This document shows positions 44,170 to 58,585 of a stretch of 64,000 nt of DNA, piece after piece. The notes beneath the pieces are model-generated. The model was not told where the DNA came from and did no database searches. It was given only the letters and a program-made list of their open reading frames with translations. Position numbers and translations under genes: made by a program. This stretch comes from the human T2T-CHM13v2.0 reference genome, Homo sapiens, in assembly GCF_009914755.1 (NCBI RefSeq), contig NC_060930.1, one strand, 5' to 3'. Each line of letters opens with the position of its first letter. Position 1 is the first letter of the stretch.

Positions 44170-44191
44170 AAAAAAAAAAAAAAAAAAAAAA
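44170..44191 (+). repeat. (A)22 homopolymer
   Basis: Counted directly from the sequence. Confidence 0.95.
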
Positions 44192-46409
44192 CCCACAGTC
44201 ACAAAAAGAGGTATCTTCTATACACTGAGGGTCACTCTCCTTATATAAATAAATATGGGCATTTAACTTAGATTGTATGGAGGTTTTAGTTTCACAGATT
44301 TTTCCATACATTATTTCAGCATTTTATAGAAAATATTTATTTGGCTTTTGGCGACAGATCAAATTTTCTTTTGGGGAAAAATGAGTTCTTTTAGTTCTCA
44401 TGATTAACATTTCAGACTTTTGAGATATGTCTACTTTAAGGAGTTTTGGGATAACCATAACATATCATTTCAAAATGAGTTTATAGAAGATTAACCTATA
44501 GCAGTGGAAAGTGTCAGGTTATGGAATTAAGTCATTTTCTGAGGTCTGAATCTGAAGCCAAAGTCATTTGTAAGTGTAATTCTGTCTGTAAGTGCATAAT
44601 ACATGCACCCACACACATATTGAATATTTCAAGTTATGTAAAACAAGTCACTGTCAAAAACTATTTAAACCACTACTCTTTAAGAGCCTTTTAAGTGTGA
44701 AATTTCTTAAGATACTCATCATGTATAGTAAATATTTAAATTAGAAAGGCCAGCCAAGGTACAAAGTATTTAGAAGGTTCATTTAGAATTTCATAACAAA
44801 GATCTTATAATGTAATGAGGTTAGTATTTTCCTTCTTTAGATGTCTTTGAAAGGCAAAATTTTGCTTTCAGAGGTAAAAATGTTCAATGTCTTTGTGGGA
44901 AAATATTGTTTTCTCTTGGAAATAGGTTAAACTTTCCTATACAAGTAACCAGTTGTTATAAATTCTAAATTGTTAACCATGACATAATTTTTACAGAGTC
45001 TAGTAAAGTATTAAGAGAATCACACTAAGAAATCTTGAAATCATAAATCACATTTTTATATCCACATCCTTAAACCTTTGTCTAACATATGATAGGTATT
45101 CGATATGTGTTTGTTAAGAAATAAAGGAAGGAAGAAAGGAAGGAAGTGGGGGTGGTTCTAAGTGTTAAAGATGAGTGACAATATAAAACACGAAAATGAT
45201 ACATATCCATAAAATAAACAGAAAGATGAAACTTTCTTCATTCAAAGTCCTAACTTTTGAGCAGATTGTTCAACAGTCTTGAAAATCCAATTTTATCTGG
45301 ATTTTGACTGACGTCTTATTCTTTTCTGCTAATTTAACCTTCTATCCTTATGTTTTTCACCTTTTTGAATGCAGACACACCTGCAAAACTTCTTCAAGAT
45401 CTACATCATAGAGTTCCATTCCAGGCATGCTTATTCAGACTGTCCCATTTAGGAGCCTGATATACATACTATCTATGGAAACATTCCAGATGGTTCTCAG
45501 GCCCAACAAATACCAGTAACCACCGCTTTAGCAGCACCAAACTAAATGTTTTTCTTTCAACATACTTTTTTTAACCTCTCTATTTTTACTTATACTCTTC
45601 CCTCACCCTCAAATGCTCTTTTCTCCTCCTATTTCTAATCGAAGCTTAAGGATTTCTGCTAAGTTACATATCCCTTCCTCCAAAACTAAGGCCCCTGGAA
45701 AAATAATTGTTCTCTGACCTCTCCTAAATCATTTCACTTGTAGTTAATAAAGTTGGTTACTCGAGAATATTTTGCAGCACATTAAATTTGATTCCAAGCT
45801 CTCAATGTCAGGAGATCCCAATAAAAGCCATTATTAGAGAACTGCTGTAGTCACTAAGGATTTGTAGGTATTTAGGCTGGGTAGACAAGGGTCATCTTGC
45901 CTTCGTTGAGAATGCCCAGGCCCTCAGGCTCATTCAAATGGCTCTCTCCATCCATGCAAAATAAAAAAGTCTCAAGCTCTCTAACCATGGCTGAGTGTCC
46001 AGGCTCCATAGGCACAGTACAGAGCTATTCCTCTTTAACCCTGGGAGGGAGGGACTCAGGTTTGGCTTAAGTATTTTTACTTACTCAGTTCCTAGAGTGA
46101 GTTTCCCAATGGACTTCATCTTCTATGATACAATCTGCATAGGGATTATTATCAAGACATTCCCAGAAATACATAGGAGTTCCTATTTTCCAATCCACTA
46201 AAACGGCACCTAGAATTCTGAACACAGATCTATACTTTTGAGCTCCTTTAAGAAGGCAAATGTACCTGCTATATTTTGCTGTCTCTGTGGCAACAAAGAT
46301 GAACCACAAAATAACCTCTCAACATATTACCCAACCATAGAATTTTTAACCGGTTACATGGATGTTTATTTCTCTATCTAAAATGTCAGTGATCTTGTTT
46401 GAGATTTGT

Positions 46410-46640
46410 AATTCATTCATCTTGAGTTATATACTAAACTGCTTGGTTATGAGCACTGTGCTAAATGCTAGAGATAAGAGGGAAAATAGAAGCTACCAAT
46501 CCTCACCCTCATGATGCATATAATCTGGTGAACAACTCAAGCAAGTAAACAGGCAATTACAATATAGGATCCTGTGATGTGTACTTGAAAAGTATAGGAG
46601 GCTATGGGGGTATATGAGAAGGGCTGTCTAACCAAGGTTT
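46410..46640 (-). mobile_element. LINE-2 3' end
   Basis: ATTCATTCATC...GCACTGTGCTAAATGCTAGAGATAAG...CCCTCATGATGCATATAATCTGGTG...AAGTAAACAGGCAATTACAATA. Confidence 0.7.
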
Positions 46641-47254
46641 TCACCTTTAGAACATAGTGCCTGTAGATAATTGGTGACTAATGTTTATTAACTGAATAAT
46701 TTTAGAAAAAAATTTAAAAATACATTATAAATATCATCACTCATTTTTCAAGGTTGATAGGCCTCTATTGTGAAGGCAACACTTTTAAAATTTATGAAAT
46801 GGAAAGATAATTCTTTCTCCACTATAATATTAAATTATACTGTTTTAATATTTACCTTCAGAAAAGGGGACTGCTGTGGGGGTCTACTGCTATTATCTGG
46901 ACTATGGGAGGAATAAATAATATAAAAAACCACACTGATGAAAAAATGTCAATGGCATCAGAATTATGTTCAAGTCTCTTGCTAAGAATTAGGAAGACAC
47001 AGCCTTATGTGCCCAGCACCATTCAGAAAGACTTGGGTTCTTAAGACCTGGAGTCATTCATCTCTAGATTAAGGTCTGATGGTGAGAGGATGTTGAATCC
47101 TGGGGCAAATCGATCCTGTGCAAGGTGAGGTGTCCTAAAAGGTGGTGAATATTTGCACAGTACAGATTAGAAGAAAAGCAAGATTAGGTAGAGTCGGGCA
47201 GGTAGTACTTGGTTGACAATGGAGAAATCTGACTTTAAAAAATGAGTGTTCCCA

Positions 47255-47730
<476 letters not shown>

Positions 47731-49699
47731 CTATGCCCCACAAAATATTCATTGCTGCTTCTCCTGTAGGACAGAAATATCTTTTTAGAAAATTGGGTCT
47801 GGAAACTTGAGGCTGCGACCAGTAATAAAGTGAAAGTTTTTCCATAATGAAGCTGTTAGCACCATGGAAGGCCCAGAGACTGAGGTATGTTTTCACAATA
47901 CACAACTCAGGAGATAAATGAAATAGCCTCCTCTCTCCTCCTAGTATTTCCTTGAAGAAAGGAGAGGGAAGCAGGTGATTAATTATTCGGATTGACCTTA
48001 AGCAAAATTCACACTTCTCTCTCTCTGTTTTCTAATTAGAAACATAACGATATTTTGCCAGTTTCAGTGGACTGATGTGGAGAAGAAATAAATCAGTAAA
48101 AGAAGTATAAAAGTTCTATAAAGACAAAAAAGACTTTATCACTGTACATAGGCTAGATTATTCTCATGATATGTAGCAATGATTGGGATCAAGTTTTAAA
48201 TTGTAAAAGTTCAAGTGCATCCTAAATCAACCTAACAAGAATGTGTTGACCTGTTAAGAATTTCATACATGTTGCTGTGATTAATAAATAACTAGAAAGA
48301 AAATTTATGGAATCTTGCCAAAAATGCTGTAGAAAGATGAGCATATTTGAAATTGTTTTCACCAAAAAAGTGTTCTGAGGCTCAAATGGGTATGCTTTTA
48401 AAAATATTATATTAAAAATATATGTTAAACTTACCTCCTAATATTGCATCCCTGCTTGTCTTTCATATTTATTGTTACAGAAGATTTTATGTCTGTTTTA
48501 CTCCTAATTAGTCATGGTTGGTAGGTCATATGGACTTCTGGAAGAGGCTATTCATTAAGGATATTAAAGAATATGTATAATAGATATTTTTATTAATATA
48601 GCAATAAATATCCTAAAATTTACTATTACAGACATAAGGTTTTTACTCCAGAATTCAAGTATTTCTTCAGAAATATTCTCTAGCTGACTAATTGAAAGTA
48701 CTAGTGGAATTTCTTCACCTTATTCCTTGCAAATTGGAACCTCTATCATTTTATTTACCCATTTATATTAACATTTTTCAGATCAAATAAGAAGGTTAGT
48801 ACTCAACTCTAATTAGGAATTTATTTTGCATGTTTAAAAATTTATTATGATTCAAAGTGTAATAAAAGTTGCCTCTACCAACTTAAATTGAAGAGTAGAA
48901 AAAAAACCTGATTTAAGCTGTGTAACAAAGGGGAAATAGTATCTTCTATTTTGTATACTTTTTCTTACTCTTTGTGGGGAAAGACAATCTTTCCAACACT
49001 CCCATCCTTGCTTTTCTCTAGTTTTTGTCTGAATCTATAGAAGGACTGAGGGGTTTGAGCCATCTCAACATGGTGGAGAAGTGAGCCTTATGGCCACAAG
49101 TTAGCTTCTGAATCCATGCTGGTTTCTGCTGCAGTCACAGGTCTGATCTGGCCCCTGCTCATTGTCCGTTTAGATACAGTTATGATACAGAAAGAGAGGC
49201 AAATTTTATTGGAATAAAGTAATTGTCAAGGAAGAGCAAAGAAGAATAGTTTGAAGGGGAATTGTTCACACTTTAAGGAAATGTAATGTGACTTCAGAAA
49301 GAAGACCCATTTGAGGATGGTGATCATTAATTTATTGAGAAACTAGCGAACATAGCTGCATTTTTCCTCCATTGATTCTGGGGCAAACAGTATAGAGTTG
49401 AATCCAAGCAGGGTTGGGTTTTTGCTAAACTAGCTAAAGGTAGAATAGCACGGTTAAGAGAGTCTCAGTCTAAGGAGTTATTGTTTTGATGGCGTCTTTG
49501 CTGGGTTAAGGGAGAGATCAAGACTTGAAGGAGACAGAGAAGAGCAAAATGTAGTGGGGCCGATGAATAGGGAAGCATTACTAGAATTGCAGTGTAAGCT
49601 GGAAAGTGGAAAGGAGGCATGATCAAAATTAGATTTATACAGGTACTGCAGTTATAATAATATCTAAATATGACAATAGATGTTGGTGACTATGGTAAT

Positions 49700-50450
49700 T
49701 GATAATTTGACTACATATGAATCTGGAGTTATATATCAAAACAAATACAAAAATTTGCAGCATATATAATAAAGGGCTAATAAATGTACCAAATATCTTT
49801 TTCAAATCAATAAGGAAATGAAAAACATCCCAATAAAATTGGGAAATACAGGCTTAGGCAATTCTCAGAATAGAAATACAAATTAATAATAAATATATGA
49901 AGAACTATCCAAGCAAATTAAAGCATCTGTCAAACTGGCAACAATATTTGCAAACTGTAGTATCCAATGTTAGCAGATTTATAGTTATAAAATCACTCTT
50001 GTACAATGCTGGTGTAAAGGGTAAATCAGAACAACTTTCTCAAAGTCACTTTGGCAATTATTTTTAAGAATCTAAAAATGTGCATAGCCTTTGACTCACT
50101 AATTCTGTATCTAGGAATTTTTTCTAGGACACAATAAGAAATATGCTTCTGATTTTTATTTCAGCATTTATTTCACATTATATTAGTGAAACATTGGAAA
50201 TATCTTAAAGTTGAAACATCTTACAGGAAATGATTAATGATAGAATGAAATATTGGGCAATCTTTGAATATCATTTTCAAATAAAATTTAATAACCAAAA
50301 AATTATTTAGAACGTACTAGGTAACAAAAGCAGGCTACAAAATGCACACAGATATTGTTCCCTGAATAATTATGTGTTCCTGTGCTGTGTTCAGGGTGTT
50401 ACGTGTGTGTACAGTAGCATGCATAAAGCCTGGAAAACAAACTCAGTTGT
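49700..50450 (+). mobile_element. L1ME-type ORF2 end/3'UTR fragment
   Basis: AAAGGGCTAATA...CAAATCAATAAGGAAA...; TTTGGCAAT...TGTGCATAGCCTTTGACTCACTAATTCTGTATCTAGGAATTT. Confidence 0.65.
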
Positions 50451-51055
50451 CCTTTTATCTGGATGCTGGATGACTTAAAAAATACTTTCAAGCTGGTCTC
50501 AAACATAACAAAACCTCATCTCTACACAAAAAGAAAATTAAATAAAAATTAGGAAAATAATTTGAGTAGTATTCATGCCCAAGACCGTATGTGAACACCC
50601 AGCTACAGCCTGAGAGCAGTCAAGTAGAAGGAGAGGTGAGATAACAAAGTTAGGAAAAGGAAGTCTTGACATCATTTGGGTTTCTGAATCTAGTCATGCA
50701 TAAACAGTTCCCTATTATCTTTCCTATGATTTTATTGAATATACAAATATGTTGCTCCCACTTTTTTGTTTTCTGTTTTTCCTTATGTAGATTTCAACTG
50801 GGTTTCTATCACTTGAATCAAAGAGTGGTAGACAAGATTAATATAATCACTATTACAAATTACATAACAGTGAATTCTTGGCACATATATCTTTGTCCAA
50901 TTTTTACCCATTTTCTTATAAGAGATCCCTAAAAGGGACTGAATGTATCAAAATCTTACTGGCTGCTGTGGCAGTTAAAAGAACTGTAGCATAGAGATAT
51001 CATCCCAGGGCCAGCCAGCCGTATAGGCAGGGGTTCAAAACACGACCATAGGTGA

Positions 51056-51375
<320 letters not shown>

Positions 51376-51444
51376 CGTTGTTCACTTTAACAGAGGTTTA
51401 GTTTATTTTGCACGGAACTGCATGGCACCTCTCTCATTTGCTGG

Positions 51445-52040
51445 CTCAAAAAATATTTATTGCATGCACTCTGAGTGCCAAGTAGTGTTTTAAGTACAGG
51501 AAATACACCAGGATACAAAATAAATTTAATTCCTGCCCATATGGATCTAACTTAATGGAGAGGGAGGCAAACAATAAACAAGATAAATGTATAAAATGTC
51601 AGCTAGTAATAGTACTAGTAAGTCCAAAAATGGAGTATCGGCATGGAACATAAGTGAAGGATGTGTGATTTTTCAATGGAATCGCCAGAAAAGCCTCGCT
51701 GAAGTGATATCTGGGGGAAGAGAGAGGGCTGTGGATATAAGGAGAAAGGGCATTTCACCTAAAAGGTAAAATAAGAACAAAGCCCCTGAAACACGAGGCT
51801 TTAGACATGAGGCTTGGATAGCTAGAGATAGGAGAACTAGAGAGAGAAGAATGGGAGATAAGGTCAGAAAGATCATGCAGGAGCCAGACACAGATTTTTA
51901 GCTTATACCCTGAAAAAGATGGGAAAGCCCTGAAGAGTTTATAGTAGACAGTAACAACACCTGATTTACATTTTAATTGGATCGCTAGAACTTCTGTCGC
52001 CAGGAAGTCTTCAGGAGGCAAAGGCAAAAGCAAGATCAAT
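51445..52040 (-). mobile_element. LINE-2 3' fragment
   Basis: AAATATTTATTGCATGCACTCTGAGTGCCAAG...CCTGCCCATATGGATCT...GATGGGAAAGCCCTGAAGAGTTTTA...CTGATTTACATTTTAA. Confidence 0.75.
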
Positions 52041-52077
52041 AAAAAGATGTTGCCTTCACTTTTCTCTCTACCCTTTC

Positions 52078-52080
<3 letters not shown>

Positions 52081-52116
<36 letters not shown>

Positions 52117-52145
52117 GTCTATCATCTATCATCTATCTATCTATC
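52081..52145 (+). repeat. (ATCT)n compound tetranucleotide microsatellite
   Basis: (ATCT)9 GTCT ATC ATCT ATC (ATCT)3 ATC. Confidence 0.95.
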
Positions 52146-52274
52146 ATTTTAATAGAGACAGGATTTCACCATATTGGCCAGGCTGGTCTTGAACTCTTGG
52201 CCTCAAGTGATCCACCTGCCTTGTCCTCCCAAAGTGCGGAGATTACAGGTATGAACAAACCACCATGCACACCC
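52081..52274 (-). mobile_element. Alu left monomer/FLAM_C whose tail is the (TAGA)n repeat
   Basis: Antisense TAGAGACAGGATTTCACCATATTGGCCAGGCTGGTCTTGAACTC...CCTCCCAAAGTG. TSD ACCCTTTCTCT at 52070-52080 and 52275-52285. Confidence 0.88.
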
Positions 52275-52294
52275 ACCCTTTCTCTTTTTAACAC

Positions 52295-52860
52295 ACTCCA
52301 ATGGTGTATTTGCTGTGACTCATTTTCCTATTAAGGACAATAATGATCTCCACCTAGGTAAATTCGGTTGTCCATTCTATTTCATCTTCACAGACCATCA
52401 GCACTTTGGCCTTGATACACTTTCTCACTTGGCTTCCAGGATAGCATAATCTCTCCCTTTATCTCCTAACTTACTGGCTTTTCCTTCTCAGTTTTCTTTG
52501 CTAGTTTTGCCTCATGTCCCCAGACTCTTAATGTACAGAATCCAAGAGTTCATTTTTTGTTTTCTCATCTCCAACTACACTGACTCCCTGCATGATCTCA
52601 TCCAGTCTCCTGGCTTTAGATATCATGTAAATGATAGCAGTTCCCAAGATATCTTTTTACAGAGACTTTTCTATTGAGCTATAACCTCATATATCTGATT
52701 ATCTGAATAAACTCTCCACCTAGATGTATACTAAACATGTCAAAATCACTCTGCCTAACCAAAATCCTGATGTTCATCCCTAGTCCTTCTCTATCTGCAG
52801 CCTTATTTATCTTAGTTATTCCAGTTTCATTCTCTAGGTGCTTAGGCTAGAAACCTTGGG
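52295..52860 (+). mobile_element. LINE-2 fragment
   Basis: CACTTTCTCACTTGGCTTCCAGGA...TGATCTCATCCAGTCTCCTGGCTTTAGATATCATG...CTCCACCTAGATGT...GCTTAGGCTAGAAACCTTGG. Confidence 0.75.
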
Positions 52861-54121
52861 TTCTGAAATTAGGGTTTGAAAAGTGAGCTACAGATATAAA
52901 TTTTAGAATTATCAGTACACAGATTATTTTCAAAAAATTCCCTAAAAATATGTTTTGGCTGGTATTTAACAGGATAGTCATATAAAGTATTTTTGTTTCT
53001 GTAAGGCACTCTTCAATACAAATGTATTTCTTACCTACATCTTATGTTAAATCTATAAACACTTAAACATTTAGTTAATTAGGCAAATAATTATTATAAA
53101 TAACATTTATAAAGCATTAATTGATGAATGACTGAACTAATACAAAGTATTTATTATATGGCTAAACACAGATTTTCTGAAGAGGTTTGACTAGCTGGTC
53201 CATTTGAAGCTAACTAAACTAACAACAGTTATTTATTTTCTTTTCTCCCCTCTTTCTTTCAGATCCTGTAATCAATCTCTTAATAATTTTTGTTTAAGGA
53301 TGACTTTCCCAAAAAAGGTAAAATCATTACTCTCATACAGATAAAAAATTAGCATCTGTAAGATATCTTACGTAATTCATTATTAATGAAATAAGTGAGC
53401 AAGCGTTAAACTGCTCAAAGGAGAAGTCAAAGAACAGACACATTTATGGATAAGGAATATTAAAACGAATTTGCAAATAGACACGAAACTGACTTATTAC
53501 ATAGTGGAGCAGGGAAGTCTCTACTTGACAGAATTTATTTGCATGTCTATAGAGAAAAATTATTTTGGGTCACTAGTAAGTGCAATTTAAGGAGTTGTAA
53601 AATAACTCCAAGAGAGTGAAGGGCACAGAGCCCCGCAGAATTAGAATCAGATAAGCCAGGGGAGGAGATTGTAAGTAATGCAGTTTTTCATTGGAGACAC
53701 CCAGTATTCTTTTTTGCTTATTCCAAATTTTATTCTGTAAATACTTATACCCAGTATCTGTCATACAATAGAATAAAAATCTGAAAACTGGAGAGTAATA
53801 ACATGAAAAGAGGAAGTTATTATTTTTCATTAATCCATATGTATTTAGCTTCTTCATAAGAAATGAAAAGTTATGTTAAACATAATAAACATACTTTAGT
53901 AACAACCATTCTTCAAAAACTTTTATGACATTAAAACATTGTATTTTTGGTTATCAAGTTTATATTCAAATCTTCTATTATCATAATTCAAACCACAATA
54001 CCTCTAACAGACTATAACACTATTATTCTCTGTAAAAAAAAAAAATTAGCACTTGAGAAAAAATTGGTCTCCATTATCTTAAAGATTATCAATTAAATAA
54101 CTCCAGTTAAATTTATATATG

Positions 54122-54892
54122 TGTGATATAATAAAAGATTTCTACTCCTTGTTATCCATTTCTGTCTTAGAGCTTCAAAAAACTTGGAATTTCCTGAGTG
54201 GAAATTTTCTGAGTCAGAGTATTTGTTAGGTTAATTAGGTGACTCATTATGGGACCTTACGCAGATTCTGAATGGGAGTTGGTCACTGAAAACACCCACC
54301 ATATGATTGTGACTAGAGGACTGAAACTTGGGAACAGCTCAGTCTCTGGCAAGAACCAGGGGTACTAGAATTTGAGCTCAATCACATGGCCAATGATTTA
54401 ATAAATTATGTCTATATAATGAAACCCCAATAAAAACTCTGAACCTGAGATTCAGTGCAGCTTTTGGGTTGGTGAGCACATTGATTTGCTAGGAGGGCAA
54501 TAGGCCAGATTCTACAGAAGCGCATGGAAGCTCTGTGCCCCTACCCCACCCCAATCTCAGACCTTGCCTATATGCCTCTTCCATTTGACTGTTCCTGATA
54601 TGTATCATTCATAACAAAACAGTAATTGTAAATACAGTGATTTTGGTGAATTCTGAGTCATTCTAGCAAATTATCAAATCTGAAAGGAGTGGTGAGAACT
54701 CTTGATTTTATAACTGGTCAGTCAGGTGTGCCTGTGGCCCTGAGATTTGCAGTTGATATCCGAAGTGAGTGTAGTCTTGTCTTCACAACTGTTTGTACAA
54801 ACTTGTAAGGCCTGTGCTAACTCTAGGTAGTTAGTGTCAGAATTAAATTGAATTAAAAGGCATCTAGTTGTCAGAGAATTGGTTTTAGAACA
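54122..54892 (+). mobile_element. MER21-family solo LTR (MER21C-like)
   Basis: TGTGATATAATAA...CA termini with a 4-bp TSD TATG (54118-54121, 54893-54896). Internal ATCACATGGCCAATGATTTAAT, ATGAAACCCCAATAAAAACTCTG, TCTAGCAAATTATCAAA and GTTAGTGTCAGAATTAAATTG. Confidence 0.85.
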
Positions 54893-57724
54893 TATGTAGA
54901 TACTGAGCAGTGTAGAATATTAAGTCAGCAATAATGGGAAAGTATTATGTTGAAGTATTATATTTAAGAAACACATAAGGAGTGACTGAACTTCTTACTG
55001 AGTCTGTCCATGTGCTATTCGATTATCTGCTCAATTCAGTTAAAATAAATCAAGCCACAAAACAAAGTAAGCTCTTCTATCTACGAGTATTGAGATCTAT
55101 TGCATATAAGTTACAGTAACCTTTGCTGAAGCAACATTTCCAGAGGGTTTCCTTTTCTACCCACATAAAAACATAAAGAGGAAACTTGTGGGCCAGTTCT
55201 TCCTACTGCAAAAAGGAAAATGGCAAGTATCCAATGGTTGTGAATAGTGTAAGTGGTAAGCCTGGATGATGTCGGAAAAAAAACTACTTTTTAAGTCATC
55301 ATATTTCATTACTTACACAATTTTCTGGCATCAGTGCATCTTGACTTCATCTAACCAATTTTTTCAGCCATCTACAAAATAAAAATGTAAGGCTTTTACA
55401 AAGAAATATTGGGTAAAATAAATCCAGACATAAACAGTATGTCTGCAGGATTGTTATAGCAGCTCCAATTATAATGAAAGCAATGTTTTTAAGCTTTCTT
55501 GCATTATGAACAGAATGCTCCCAGTATTACAGAATCCAGGAGTCTATTTATAATGGTCTCAGCCTCCCTCACTATACCAAATCTTTAGCATGCAAACTGA
55601 AGCCAGAAAACCAAGGATCCAAATTACACCATGCAGAATGCCAAAGCAAGTTTCTTTTTCATTTCCTAAAGCGTTAAGACTAAGAATGTAAAAAAAAAAG
55701 CTAAAAATATGCTTATCCTTGAATCTTCAAATGTGTAAAATAAAAAGGATTCAATCTCTATTTCTTTATTTCTTGAATCACATATGCATAAAGCAGCACT
55801 GAAAGTATTTTAAGCTGATTTTGTGGCAAAGAGGAAGCTTTGCAAAGAACTGAAACAGCACAAAGGAGTTAAGTCCACATAACACATCATCTTTGTCTTG
55901 CAAGACACAGTAGAGAGATCTCACTGATTTCAAAAGAAAAAGAAGTGCTATTATGTTAAAAGGTCTAAGCATAAAACTGCTAGAAAACAAAGTACTACAA
56001 TTATATCTGCTATATGTAAATCTCAGGTAGTGAAAGGAACAAAATGATTAGATGGTTGATGAAAATCACTGTAAAACTGTGCTCTTGATAATGAGTAAAA
56101 TTGGTTCCTTGAAAACCTTCATTTCCACATAAGTCATAATGAGAACACTGGTTTCATACCTACGTGTTGTTAGGCCATTTTACAAACTAAAACACCCAAA
56201 CTTCGGAATTTGAGCTATTTTTCTTCTGTTTTCCATTTCAACTATTGAATTAGTAGCAAACCATCACAACTGTTTGTTATTACACAAGTTAAAAGCTATG
56301 AAGCTCTGAACATATCCATTATAAAAATGTGTTACTTCCTAAAAGTACTAAAACGTTCTTTAGCCTGGAGATGTCCATAGTTTTTCTAATCCAAAAATGA
56401 ATTCTGAACTGTTTAATTTCATATTTTCAATTTAGAAACAATAAATCAGTAATATTTTAGTAGACATTGGCTTTTGTTTTTTAAACCCAAGATATACATG
56501 GATAGATGACCTTCTCCTGCTCAGTAGGCATAAAACTTATAACGTGTAACATCCAACTGGACTCACATAAGTCCTGACACCTCATGCCTACAAGCAGGAG
56601 AGATCCTAGGCAAAACTTCAAGGCAAATGAAATGTCTTCTCGTAACCCTTAAGGTCCTTTTCATAGCACTTCACAGCTTCAGAATCCCTTCTGTTCTATG
56701 ATCCCATTCTTACCAAGGGCTCTTTTGAGACTTTTTATGTTTTAAAGGGCAGTTTCTGAAGAGGGCAATGCTTAACAAAAAGATATAAATTATGTTAGAT
56801 ACATTTCAAGTATTTCATACTACTTGATCAGCTTCCACATTAGGCTCTTTCAGCCTCTGTATAGTGGTGGGGAAAACTGTCTTTATAATAGTGAAGCTAA
56901 TGATTTAAGAATGCTTAGGATTGATCATTTAACCCAGAAATATTTTCATTAAAAAATGCTGTCTTTGGGTAGATGGCACTTATTCTTTATGAAAGCCTCT
57001 TTCTAAAGCTAGAACATTTAAATTATTTCCTTGTTCAACTTATCTATTATCTGTCTCTCTTGCTCTTGTTATATTCCTTTCTCTGCAATTCCATCCTGAT
57101 TTTAATACTTTATCCTAAACTTCTAACTTTTAAGTTATTTCTTGTAGTATTCATAAACCTAAGTAACCTTGTGAAATTATATTAGAAGACAGTAGGCATT
57201 CTTACTGAGAAAATATGAATCTCAAAGACCATTTATTTTAGAAGTAATCATAAACACTACTTTCAAAATTCTCAGTCTTTTTTTATTACAGCACTTGACC
57301 TTGGTTAGCCCCAATAAATTCAAAAGTCTTTTAATAGTGACCTAATATTTTCTATTCATTTAAACAATATTTTATTCCTGGTGAATTACTAAGCTTTTCG
57401 ATCTATTAAATAATCTCTTGTTTTTTAAACTAAATATTTTTTAAGTGTGTTCATAACACATTTCTGAGCAATTTATTTCTACATAAGTAAATAAAATTCA
57501 ATTTAACAGTGTTACTTTGTTTTTATTATTTCAAATATTTTCAATGTGTTCCTGAATAAGAAGGCTTTTTAGCTTTTAAATATATTTTAAAAAGATAAGA
57601 AAATAAGTGCTATATTTTTCTTTTATGACTCTAGCAAGTCTGTAACCACAAATATTCATGTATAATGATTATTTTATTTACCAAACTAATTTGGTAAATA
57701 TGTGTTCTCTATGGGCATATATAA

Positions 57725-58085
<361 letters not shown>

Positions 58086-58269
58086 AGTAATCTTTAAGTA
58101 TGTTTTTAATTATGTTATTTGACAAATGAAAAAAGAAACCTATTCCTGTATATCTTAATGTCTACATTAACCTGGCTTCAGTGGTCTTTATGGAATTGTC
58201 TTTCTTGTTTACTACAGGAACTTTTGAAAAGACTTATCAACTTTTCAATAGAAGACATAAACAGACAGT

Positions 58270-58585
58270 TAACCTAACAAGATTCTTTGAACCCCTTGCC
58301 TAAAAATCTTGGCATTGCTGCTTGTACCAATTATAGCCTCTTATGTCATAAGAATTTCCCAAAGCTAATCAAGCTTCCTCCTACAACCCCTTCTTCCTGC
58401 CCCATTCCCTCCATTGCTTTCTTTAACCAAGTTTCAGAATCTCAATAAAATTCAATCTTGCGCTTCCTAGTCTGAGACATTCCCAAAGCTCTGTTCAAGT
58501 GGTGTTCTCCCACACTACAGTGAGCAATAAACTTAACTTTGTCTTATCCACAGTTGGTGATATATGAGGAGCTGGCATTCAACAT
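58270..58585 (+). mobile_element. ERV1-type LTR 3' fragment (MER67/MER31-like)
   Basis: GTGGTGTTCTCCC..ACTACAGTGAGCAATAAACTTAACTTTGTCTTATC...TCAACA ending. Family uncertain. Confidence 0.45.
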
